Shown here piece by piece: positions 1 through 11,500 of a stretch of DNA of 11,935 nucleotides. The stretch lies in NCBI GenBank assembly GCA_051294375.1, contig JBJCIZ010001452.1, positions 1 to 11,935 of the forward strand, given 5' to 3'. The number at the start of each line of letters is the position of its first letter. Position 1 is the first letter of the stretch. The position numbers and the translations under genes were made by a program. This DNA is from Paraspadella gotoi. Lineage: Eukaryota > Animalia > Chaetognatha. Below the pieces are notes generated by a model, which did no database searches, was not told the origin of the DNA, and saw only the letters and a program-made list of their open reading frames with translations.

Positions 1-194
1 AGAGAGAGATGCTTTACTTTTTTTTCCTGCTCTTACTAGCCTTAATTTGTTTCTTATTACCCTTATTTCCTTTTTCGTTTCTCCTCACTCTCATCTCTTC
101 TCTCCATTCATTCACTAACGGCGGACTTTCACAAACCGAATCACTCATCTCCTCTCTCTCTTGTCACGACACCACCAGTCTAACCAATTTACTG

Positions 195-230
195 CTCTCT
201 CTCTCTTCTCTCTTCTCTCTCTCTCTCTTC
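195..230. repeat. Imperfect (CT)n microsatellite
   Basis: Directly visible. Confidence 0.85.
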
Positions 231-261
231 ATTGCTGCTTTGTTCCCTCTCCAAATTTTAC

Positions 262-2790
262 ATCTCGGCGCAGGGCCCGAGGGGCCTTGGATCGACTCAT
301 GCCGATCCGGCTCCTCCTTTTCTCCTCTACCCCATCTCGCTATCTTACTCCCTTCACCTCTCCTTTCTACCTCCCACCCTCCCGCTGGCATGTGTTCCGC
401 GCGCTCAAGCATCCGCGATGTTTGGTGAGCGTGCGCTGCCATCGGGACGATCTCGTCACGTACTCTTTGCGACGCTACTCGGACCTCTGTCGCGTTTGAC
501 GGCGAATCCTATTTTTTTTCTCGCTGGCTCATTTGTTTCTCGTCGATTGGTAGCCCGAGCAACTCTGAGATGTGTGATAGCGGTTGAATAAGAGTGACAG
601 TGCAGGGTAAGCGACATAGTGGGCAGATGGGGAGGGCGTTTTGAGCTCGGGCGGGGAAAAAGTAAAATTAATAGATTATTTTATTATTTAATTGTTTATT
701 TATTTATTTTAATTTTTTAAAATTTGTTTATTTGTTTATTAGTATTTTTTTTACTTATTATTTTTTATTTGTTTTTTATATTATACATCTAGATTCAGTT
801 CTTTAATTTGCATATGCTAATATAGTAATCTTCTGGTTCAGTATATTATGATTCCTATGGATAATTTTATGTTATCATTTTTATATTTAAGTACTATAAA
901 TTATATTCTCCACTCTGACCTACGAGCTTCTAAAAGCTTTCCTCCTCCTGCACCTCTCTGCTCATCTCGGTCAAGCGCCCCCGTCCTGTGGACCGCATCT
1001 CCACCTACTCCGCAGGCCCGTCTCCCGCTGTCAACCGCCTCCGCCGCGCCCGCAGCCCTTGTCGTCGCGCCCCTTACTTCCGTGCAGCGAGACGCGAGTC
1101 CGCGAGCCGAGTTCACCCTCAGCACGGTTCCCAGTTCACCTCAAACGCCTGTCTCCTTCGCGACGCAGGCATCGACGGAGATATCAGGGAGGCCTACTGT
1201 CAATTTGGACATAAGTCGGCGAAACGGAGAGGTAGGGGGAGGGAGGGATGTAAGAGATGAGTACATGAGAGATGAGAGAGAGAGAGAAGAGAGGAGGAGA
1301 AATTCAGAATTGATTCATAGAGGACGAATATAAGACAAAGTTGATAAATACGACGAGCTAATAAAATAGAAGGTTATTGATAAATATCGAAGGAAAAAAT
1401 TGTGTGTGACCATAGATAATAGAAATAAAGAGAAAAAAAAGACATATGAAGGAAAAGTAAGTTGAAAGTTTGATAGAATGAAGAAGAAAAATAAAAAAAT
1501 AAAGATAATTGAACGAACGAAAGTGCATCATGTGAAAAGCTATTGACGCCATGAGAAGCGTATTAGAAATGGAGGTCGCAAGAATGTAGATTTATAAAGG
1601 TAGTGGGCTTCGTTATCTCTCGTCCGCTGATTGGTTAATATGGATTTTGCCGGGAAAAGGAGGAGGAAGAGGAAACGGGTGAGCGAAGAATCGATTGAAT
1701 GCGTGAAATGGGGTTAATGGGTTAATCCCTAATGCTCAGTGAATTTTTCAATGCTGTAATCGTATTCTGTGTCGGTTCGTAACTTGAAGTACAAAAGAAC
1801 GTCTTCTCTGCTATAATCTCCTTTACACAATTATAGTAATCTACTCTTTGGCGCTCTTAATACCGCTACTTGTATTCGATGCCGTAAATATCCGTAAAAC
1901 GTGTAACGTACGATTGAAAATACTCGACTGTTAAATGGCATGACTTTACAGAAGGTTAATGTATCGTTATTTTCACTGCTTTACCTTATCAGCTTTCTAT
2001 CAGATTACTGTTTTTTTGTTTTCACCACAGTGTTTTAGTCTTTTAACAGCCAAAAAAGAACATTAGCTTGACCCAACGACTTGAAGTGTAATGATATTCA
2101 CGCGTGGCCTTTATAGAAGAATGTTTAACTCGTAATAGTCTTTATTCCGTAACTGATAATCTCTGCTCATCTGTTATCAATGTGCATTAGATAATTTTAC
2201 AAGTGGTGTTCAGCTAACAGAGCTCTGATGATTCTAATGCTTTTACATTATTATCTTTGACCACCACCAAACCAATTCTTTCATCGTCACCATCCGTGCC
2301 ACCACCCGTCAACTACCACCACTCCTCTACAACTCAGCCTGAAGAGTCGGACAACCGCTTTCCGGCCGGAGGGTGACTCAGTAAAGAGGGGCGCCATCGT
2401 GGAGCTACGAAGCTGAAGAACCCAGCGGGCGAGCCTTCTCTCCTCCCCGAGCCCACGCGACGCCGGATCCGCCTCCCCCACGCCCCCAGTCACCCCGAGG
2501 CGGAGATCGTCGTCAGACGTCGGGCGCAGTTGAACCATCGAATCCGCGCCGCACCGAGACCGCCACGCCACTAAGTCGCCACGTCCCGCAAAAGGCGCCG
2601 CGGCGTTCCAACGAAAGTACGACGGCGGCGTCGCCGTCGAAGCGGAGAGAACGGCGCTTGTCGCTGATGCCCGAGACGCCGCCAGACGAACGGACAAAAA
2701 GAAGGACGTCGACGGATGCTTGTCAAAAGTGCGCCGTGATGTGAAAAGAGACGGATGGCGCGTGAGGTGAGACTATCGGCGGCGTCATCG
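262..2790 (-). CDS. Putative second multi-exon gene, 5' portion (exon-like blocks ~2339-2790, ~920-1196, ~262-645); possibly a secreted laminin-G-domain protein
   Basis: Three GC-rich blocks in AT-rich or microsatellite DNA with plausible minus-strand splice sites (CAG|GCTGAGT, gacagtag|, TAG|GTCAGA, cccgag|, AT|GTAAAA). Across frameshifts they read as signal-like 'VLLF..LAASRASA', then 'LRFDGD..SYFRW', 'LHDGxxxxxVTL' and 'xRGCLS'. Strand and product are uncertain. Confidence 0.4.
677..780. repeat. Degenerate (TTTA)n low-complexity tract
   Basis: Directly visible. Confidence 0.75.
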
Positions 2791-4218
2791 GTAGAGCTTG
2801 TCTACCTTTCCTAACATTCGTCGTCGCGCCTTCCCACTTTTTGTTTTTTTTCATTATGGCATCGCGTGAAATAACACTCGATTTCTTTAAAACCAAATTT
2901 AATAAAAAAAGACAAAAAAGACTTCTCTCTTCACTAAATTGAAATGGCTAAAGACGGTTTAAAGGTTGCGAGTGGCCTGAACGAGGTGTATACTTAACCT
3001 TTAGAAATGTTATTTCTAAAAATTTAAATTTCGATCGCATAAAATTCTTCTTTCATATTTTAGCAATCTAACGTGAAGGTTAATTTAATTAGTATTGATA
3101 ACGTCGAAATTAATATGGAAATGTCATGGATGTATATTTAATTTTTTGTTTTAGATTTGTAAATTACTTTAAAATCTAGGGATCGATTTGCGTTTCCTTT
3201 CTAAGTCACGATAAGGGCTTTTTGCACTAACGCTAATTGGTAGTCGGTTGCTTTTGCCTTAAATAAATCGATGAAAAATCTCTTTAGAATAATTTATGGT
3301 CAGTTTTGTAGCATAAAACTCCAAGAACTAGTCATATAAAGTTTAATTTAAAGCCCAAAAGTTATTTTTATTAAATTATAAAAAAAAAATTTACTCTGTA
3401 GTATTTATCTATTAATTTATCTTTCGGCTTGCCAATTAGTCACAAATTTCTCGTATTACGGAAAGTACTCATAAACATGCGCGAAGGATCGTGCCCTTGA
3501 AATCAGGCCAGAGACGACTTAGCGATGGAATAATTCTAGTCCCTGGTAATTTAAGTCCACTTTAGATAAACAGCGCATGCACCCCGACATGGTAAATTAG
3601 TAATTTTCAATTTGATCACATGTGTCGTAATAGTTTTGAATCGGAATCACTTGTGACGGAATATTCGTAGTTTAAAACTCATGTGCGGAAATATTCAATT
3701 TTTCCATTTCGGCCAATTGATCATGTAAAAAAAACAAACTCAAAAGAATTCTTTTTTTCTAAGACATTTAATGCGTGTAATCGTCTTTTGTGGCATCGAT
3801 GTGCATTATATGTGATATAGAAAGTGCTTCTTCAATTTATAATAACATTCTTTTTTAAAAATTGACTCTCAGCTTTACTAGAATCTCCTGAAAATGAGTT
3901 CTTGTATCTGTGCCTAATTCGATGGAACGTTCTTTAGAACATACAGTTACACTAATTAATCGACCAAATTGCTCTCTGTTAGAAAATCCAAGTCAAACAA
4001 AATCAAAGTAAAAATTTCAGGTTTAATAGCACTTTCAGTGAGTTCATCGAATCAACGGCAATTATAGCAAGTTACAAATGCGATTAAACAAATCAAATAT
4101 CATTTTGAAGATCTTCAAGTTAAACATAGCGTGTTGTGAATACAATCAACAATTAAATTCATACAAAAAGACGGATGTCATGTATGGAATGACGTCAAGT
4201 TTGTTAAACACATAACGT

Positions 4219-4224
4219 TTTATT
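4219..4224 (-). promoter_or_regulatory. Candidate AATAAA polyadenylation signal of the FAM184-like gene
   Basis: First AATAAA I found on the minus strand downstream of the candidate stops. Position is the only support. Confidence 0.3.
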
Positions 4225-4445
4225 TTGGCGTACAATTTCGAGAAAGACAATGCAGTTAAATTTGCAGTCAAGTACTAGATTTTCATTCAAGCGACGTCTG
4301 GCTGTTAATTGCAAGATGTTAAGAGCCGCTACCATACAGTTGAGGAGAAAGTTCGACAAACCTTTGACGAAATTTGGATTTAAATTGATCCATAAAAATC
4401 CACGCACGCAGACACGACGGTAAAAATCAAAGACTAAAAGCTGTA

Positions 4446-4508
4446 TCATCTCGGTCCCTGTTTCACTTGCACTCTTATCCCAGGATCGCTGGCGGTCATG
4501 GTGAGTTG
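4446..4508 (-). CDS. Candidate terminal coding exon (stop at 4496-4498 or 4446-4448, depending on which donor is used)
   Basis: A strong acceptor, ctttaccttttttatcacggtcccag, follows the (TAAA)n-rich intron. No homology support. Confidence 0.35.
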   Translation of the reverse strand, partial: QLTMTASDPGIRVQVKQGPR

Positions 4509-7500
4509 CTGGGACCGTGATAAAAAAGGTAAAGGCGATCTCAGAGTAAAGTACATCTGCTTATGTATGATGAGATATTCGTTTTTTAAATATATTCTTT
4601 ATTTATTTACTTATCTTTTTTATTCACGTATTATTATTCTATTATCTAGTTATTTACCTTTTGTTTTTATTTAATCCCTCTCTAACTCTTCATTAACTTG
4701 TAGCACTAATTCATATACTTATTTATTTATTATTTATTTATTAATTTATTTATTTATTTATTATTTATTTATTTATTTATTATATTTATTTTTTAAATTT
4801 TATTTATTTATTTATTTATTTAATTACTGATTTACATATTACTTATTATTTTATTTCAATTATTTTTCGCAAGCAAAATATTAACATGTCAAAAACATGT
4901 TCCTCAAATAGACTTCCATTACAAATAACCGGCGTAGCTGGATCGGCGAAGGCCTGTATGGCGTCCGGAGGAAAGCGGCTTGGCCGGATTGATCTTCGTC
5001 GTGAGAGGACTCAGGCAGAGGCTCCAATTTGGTCCTCAACGCGCGCCCGACGTTCGTCTTGATGGAGGAGAGTTTGGAGCCGGGTGAGTTCATTCCGGCG
5101 CCGGATACCGGACATAGGTTGCCGACGCCGCCGATATCCGCGCGATGCGCTGCCGACGCCGCTGAGCAGCCGTTTGGTGGTAAAGGCGGAAGCGCGGGAA
5201 GAGGGGGCTGCTTCGGTCGTTTCCTTTACTTCGTTTGTTGGCGGGAAGTCAAGGCCGGTGGTCGGTGACGTTGAATTGAATAATGTTTGTGAGTGATCAA
5301 CTTTCGGTTTCGGCAAATGTTAGATTATGATAATGTAAATACAATATGACAATGAAAATAAATACAATATATCATTGTAGCAATTAGACATTTCTTGATG
5401 TCGATTAAAAAAAGGAAAGTTTAGGTGAGGTGCCGAGAGTGGGATTCTGGAGCGTCGGAAGAACTTAGCGGTCAATGTTTCACTTACTTCTTCTGAAGAG
5501 TAAATACATCTGACATCATTTTCCATTTTTTCATTTTGATTACTTTGACGAATGATTACGGAAACTGTCCGACATCCAAAGGCATGAGGATGAAGACCGT
5601 CTGACGAGCGGTTTGAAACCTAACTAGCTCTAATAGATGTACACAATGTGCACAAGTTATCTTCGATGAGACTCACCTTGACGACGGATTGATGACCCGC
5701 GACCGTTGGGAGTGTGTTGAAGACCCCGATTCGAAGTTCGTCTCCGATTCACGAGTTCGAGTTGATAGATCTCTTGTCGTCGAGCACTTGCGGATGCAGT
5801 CTTTCTCTCGCCGACGACACTGCTCTATGAAGGTTTTCGATGCATTCCAGTTCGGTGAGACTCGCGTTTTGAAATATCGATCCTCTTGCTTCTCTCAATC
5901 TGAGAAATAATTGTTGGTTTTGTTGTCGGACATTTCGGTGATAATGTTGTTGTGTTGTTTTGGTTTGGTTCTTTTATATCCGGACGTTGTTTCTTAAACT
6001 TCCAACGCGTTTGTCAATAATGGTATGTCAATATAGGTATAAATCAGCCGTAACCGATATAAAAAATGTTCATTAATTAGTATAGAGCTACGGGTAATAA
6101 CGTTACCTGACTTTGCAGCATGCTATCTGCTGAGTATGGCCTCATCCATCTTAGGAGATAAATAATTAGCAGGGACCTGCAAGCTTCAGATCAAGACTCT
6201 TACAGTCTCGTCTTTATTTCATGAGCATTATAATAAATAGAAATGGTAATGTTTCATGACTTGAACTGTTTCAATTATATCAAAGGACTAATCCTTTAGG
6301 TACATTATATTCTGATAAAATTTAATGTATGTAGTTGTAAGTATTGTAATATAATTTGATGTAGAGTTTGAAAGAATATTTAATGTTCTAGTTCTGCTTA
6401 CGCGATTTGGAGCGCTGATATTTTGTCTTTGAGAAGGTCCTGCGCTCTGTTGAATTCCGCCACGAGCGCTTGAGTTTCTCTGAGATTCTCTGCCGCCTGA
6501 AAGACAAATAAAAGAACAGTTTGAGACACTCAAAACTGGGAGTAACGGGTTATGAAATCTTATGTTAATTAAATTAATCTTTAAGTTAATTAATATGGGA
6601 TTTATGAATTGATCAATTCACGAAAAATACTTAATATGAATACGAAAAAAATTTTAACTTGACGAGAAAGCCTTTTAACGTATTTCTGGTTTAATAGTTT
6701 AAATATTTATTCAAATTAATATAATAATAATAATATAATAATTGTCATTCAAATCATTTTTAGACTTATAAAAAATTTCCCGATGCAGACCTGTTCGTCC
6801 AGGGATCGTTGCTTGTCTTTTACTGCCCTCGATTCCATTTTTCTGTAAAATTTTAAATTACAAAAATTTATGTCAGAAGTGGGATTCGAACCCACGCCCG
6901 CATTCGCGGACCAGAATTCTCAACTCGGGGGAAGTCCGAGCAAGCGTAAGCTTGAGTCTGGCGCCTTAGACCACTCGGCCATCCTGACAACTGATATTAC
7001 CCTGTTTCACAGTGGTCTTTATTACAATTATTTCTGTTTTAAATTTTCAAAAATAGAATAAATTCTCCGAACCTAAGCTCGTTGCTGTTTTCCGTTTTGA
7101 TTTTGCAAATTTCATGATCCCGACTTTCCAATTCGCGTTGCAGCGACTGGGAATCCTGTTGATGTAAAAGTTGGGAGAGAAGTTTTAAATGAGCATCTCA
7201 GAAAAGACTACCACGACGCTGCCAATCCCGCGGCACCTGCTGCATCTGCTCGACGTGGTCCCTCAATTCCTCCATCGATGTCGCGTCTTTGAATTTGCGT
7301 CGAGAGTTCATCCAATTTTGTCTCGAATTCTTCTTCCTGGGGAGAAAAGAGGATAGAAAGAGAAGAAAGAGGAGAAACAAAAAAAGTAAAAAGATAAGAG
7401 AAAGAGAAAGAAGACAATGAAGCGAGAAGAAAGAAAAAGATGTTTTAGTTATTATATAAAAGTAAATAATAAATTGGTACAACCAATAGTAAAATATTAT

Positions 7501-8481
7501 ACCAAATCATTTTATAAATAAAGCATTCTTGCCCCTGACTATTATTGAAGAGGAGCCAAGAAGATGAGTTCTAAATTTTGATCAGAATCCAGTTACTCAA
7601 GTTTCAAAATACACTGACCAGTTGGACTGGTTCGCAGAATTTTCAACTGTAAATATATTTGCACGTTTAATTTTTTAGTCTTTTGTTTTTTTAAATGATG
7701 GCCAAAAACTTTAGGAAACAAGAGTCCAAGACTGAGGACCATATTTATTTCAATTTACGCAATTCACTATTCGGACAAAAATGATTGACATTGCCAAAGT
7801 TCACCCGGCAATAAGGCATGACACCTTCAGTTGTGACCCGGGTGGCTTCATTGGCGACTGATCGGTCAAGTGTTCTTCCACAAACGATTCATTTTGTTGC
7901 TTTTTTCATTCTCGTTAATTAATAGTAGTGTTTATCTAGCGACCCACCCTTGCTTCATATGGTTAACTCACCCTCCGTCCTCGCTCCTAACTTACCCTTG
8001 ACGCCCGAAGTTTCCTAAGGCGCGTTCCAGCATCCAGTTTTGGCGGCGGCGAGGTTGATCGCGTGCGCCTGGTGAGTCCCTCGCGTTTCGGGTGAGTTCT
8101 TTCAGTCACGTGATCGATTGTTCCGCGTCGTGTTCGTTCTGTCGAGGGTATCCGGGATTCGCTCGATAAAGTATTGTATATCTTAATAGTTATAATAATA
8201 AATAATTAATAATATTAACTTAATATCAACTTCAATTGCGAATCGCAAAGCGTCCGAGAGCGTTTTCGTGCTGTCTTCAGTTTTCTTCCAGAACCTTCCA
8301 CGACCGTTTTGATCGATTAAATATTAGGATTGTATTAATCTTTTAATTATTTAGTATTAAGTTACATTATTATAACCACGCGCGAGCGCTGTTGTCTGGC
8401 GATGAGTTCATTCATGTGAGTATCTCGCATTGTTGTCTTCCAAGAACCTACGAAAAAGTTAGGAGGGAGAAGTCAGATGTC

Positions 8482-8555
<74 letters not shown>

Positions 8556-11500
8556 TGTCCTCTTCTGTCTCCATCTGTTCCCTGATCCCGCTCCGATCTT
8601 CGCTTCTCGCCTCCTCCCTAATCTCTTTGACTTTGACTCGCCGTGTCGCTTCCAAAGCTCCCAGCTGCTCCTACTATCTCGCCTCACTGCCTTAAGTTTC
8701 TCCGTCGCTTCCGCCAGTGAGTCCTGAAGTTCTGCTCCATCGCTTCGCAGTTACTCGGAGGCGAGAGTTCTGGTGGGGAAAGACAATTATTTATTTTATC
8801 CCTGTTTAATCTATCTGACATATGCTTCGTATGTAATTCATGTCAATTGAATAGTTATCTATTATGTCATTGCCTCTGTTTAGTTTTACCATCTAATAAA
8901 AGTGTTTTGATATATTTGCAAGACTCTTTATTCCAAAAACCCCACCTCTTCAACGACTTCCGACATCTTCTGGCTGCCATCCCTCCTGCGCTTGCAGCCA
9001 CTTCCTGCTCTTCATCGACGAGATTTGCGAGGGGCGGGCCATTTTGTCTTCCGAGTGCTGCGCCTCCAATTCGCTGCGGAGCCCTCCATGTCGGTTCTAG
9101 AACAAACGCGGCCGGGTGTGTCAGTTTTTTTTTTTGTCTCAAATAATACTAGATATCTCTTATTTTTCTTTATTCAGTGAAGATGATATTTTTTCTAAGT
9201 CGATTTCTGACTAATCCATATTAAAAAAAGTATTTTATAATTAATGTCTTAAAGAAATAAAAAAGAACAACAATATTATATTAATATAGGATAATAGTGT
9301 TTAAAAAAAATTTTAATCAAAAGGTTTGTCAGAAGTGGGATTCGAACCCACGCCCGCATTCGCGGACCAGAAATCTCCACTCGATATTCGAGCAAGCAAT
9401 CGCTTGATCTGGCGCCTTAGACCACTCGGCCATCCTGACACATTTGAATCGAGGGTAATTCAAATTGAATTTAAAACTTCTCAGCAAGAAGTTGACTTTT
9501 GTTTAAAATCGGAAGGATTATAGGCAAAGCGGCCAGAGACGGGACGGAGATAAATCTAAATACCGCTTGAACAAACAAAAGTCACGAGGCAAAAAATTAG
9601 AAAGCCAATAATGTTAAATGATCATTAAAAGGTTTATTATCTACCGCCGTTTCAGACTTTCAGTATAAAAGAGAGTAACGTAGTCATACCAAAGAGTTTA
9701 ATACAGATTTATTATTTAAAATCTCTTTAAAGAACCCTATCGAATTCGATTTAACTTGTACTCTTACTCACCTTAACTTCTCTGCCACGCCTCCTCGATG
9801 TCCCGCTTCGTTTTATCCCCGTTCTCCTTGTCCGCTTCTGCATGGCCTCGACTGTGCAGGTGGGTCGCTTTCAGCCTCCCTGTTTCCGCCTGTATCGCCT
9901 CCGCCATCCGCCTGGCTCTGTCGGAAATCCTGGCGCGTCTGTTTCCAGGCACCGCTGGAAAAGGAAAGGCAAAAATGTAAAAAAAAAGATCTAATAGATA
10001 ATTTTTATAGTATTCATTAGAAGTTTGTACTGTCTATGAAGAATAAATATTTTGACGAATTTGCGTCCACAGGGAATTATTATTTAAAACTGTCATTCTT
10101 TCGGTTTTCGGCCACCTGTCCTCCACCGCAGCGGACCTTCTGTGCCAATAGTTCAGACCATAGTAAGCTATTGATCTGCTTGTCTCTCAATATTTATATT
10201 TTAGCCCGATGTTTTCAGCAGATTCACAATTTCGAAATCCAGATAATGGCCTTCTGAAGCTAGGGGCCCGAATTGCAGTCAATTCTTCATTTCGCCGTTG
10301 AAATGTTTAATCTAATCTTGGGCTCTCTGAGGCTACTGGCTCAATTCTTCTTTTTCATTTCAATTCAATTTTCATATTTTAGTCAATCGTTCTTTACTTT
10401 TAACCTAACGTTGGCCTCTCTGAGGCAGTAGTTTAAAATCTTTAATTTACCTTTTACCTAACGTGGCCTCTCTGAGGCCAGTGGTTTAAATCTTTAGTTT
10501 ACCTTTTAACCTAACGTTGGCCTCTCTGAGGCCAGTGGCCCCGTTCTCCGCGATTCCAATCCCTTGGTCGTGTCCTCAGCTGTTGATTCAGACAGGCCAC
10601 CTCTGCGGTCGATTCCTCCAGAGTCACGGCGGAAACGTGTAGCTCATGGAGGGCGGGGACGGTAAGAGAAAATTTGGAATGCCATTTGGAAATTTAATAT
10701 GACACTTCACTTTCGTCCTAACGCGAATGACTCCAAAAATTTATGCAACATATCACATATGATATTCATTAAATTTTGCTGTCTTTTAAAGCTACTAGAA
10801 ACAAGACCTTTTTATGATCGAAGTGACTAATATTGACAAAAGAGATCCCACATAAAGATTTCATCAGTGGAGAATGTGAATTCTATTAATTTTTAGTAAG
10901 TATGAATAAAATATCTCTTTTATGTTTATAAAAAAAATCTTCTACTAGTAAAACAAAGCTCTTTTTCTAGCTCCTCACCTCGTCTTCCAACGATTTATCT
11001 TTCTTCGACGACTCCTTCAGCTCCAGCAGCTCCTCCAGCAACCGCTTCCCGCTCTTCTGCTTCTCCTCCTCTTCCTTCCTCCATTCTCTGTTCAAACGTT
11101 TCCATCTCCATCTTGTGTTTTCCTTCTTTCTCTACCTTTTCTTTGTCCCTGTTGAGGGGGAAGGTTGAGAAAGAATGAATGGAGATTGAATGAATGAATG
11201 AATGAATGAATGAATGAATGAATGAATGATGAATGATGAATAAATAAAAGAATGTATTTAGAATATATGAATAATAATTGAAGAAATGAAGGATGGAAGG
11301 AATGAATTACTAAATTATTAAATAATTGATTGAATGAAAGTATCAAAAAAAAATTACTTCATCAATAAATGAAATTAGGTGAATGAATGAGAGAAAAAAG
11401 TATGTCTGAATAATACGGAATAAATAAAGAATGTTATTTCGATATAACTAGAGTAAGTAATTGCAGCTCCTCCTCCCCCCAAAAAAAACAAAAACAAAAC

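Noticed and set aside
608-628. Minus-strand CPLCR peptide resembling the end of a RING finger
   Set aside because: No upstream Cys/His pattern was found and the reading frame is uncertain.
1627-1636. CTGATTGGTT (reverse CCAAT box)
   Set aside because: Isolated short motif inside a probable intron with no other promoter evidence.
2332-2341. Non-canonical splice sites (CAG|GCTGAGT donor; GAG acceptors at ~646 and ~10643)
   Set aside because: Each is one inserted base away from consensus, and the sequence is indel-rich.
2960-3020. Short inverted repeats TAAAGGTT/AACCTTTA and TTTAGAAAT/ATTTCTAAA
   Set aside because: Only 8-9 bp in AT-rich DNA with no element body, so compatible with chance.
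4539-4556. MYFTL on the minus strand, resembling the FAM184A C-terminal RYFTF
   Set aside because: It lacks the preceding EWFA context and sits just upstream of a strong acceptor, so it is probably intronic.
7781-7822. SECIS-like pattern (ATGA..ATTGCC AAA..GGCAAT..TGA) on the plus strand
   Set aside because: The helix is poorly paired, it lies antisense within an intron, and no plus-strand selenoprotein gene is evident.
7966-7995. Second strong donor (GG|GTGAGT) 24 nt downstream of the 7996 donor
   Set aside because: In the phase required by the next exon the extension reads GTA AGT TAG (stop). Local indels make the frame too uncertain to claim alternative splicing.
8392-8727. ORFs with SLSLSL or RERERE runs (also 9-428, 11092-11346, 1358-1552)
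   Set aside because: Read-through of microsatellites and low-complexity intron sequence.
6870-9523. Plus-strand ORFs starting MSEVGFEPTPAFADQ (6870-7061, 9326-9523), and the end of ORF 11567-11866
   Set aside because: These are antisense translations of the tRNA genes.
10393-10538. CRISPR-like array (palindromic repeat at regular spacing)
   Set aside because: The sequence between the palindromes is also repeated, so there are no unique spacers. The context is eukaryotic and the unit is explained as an exon-end duplication.
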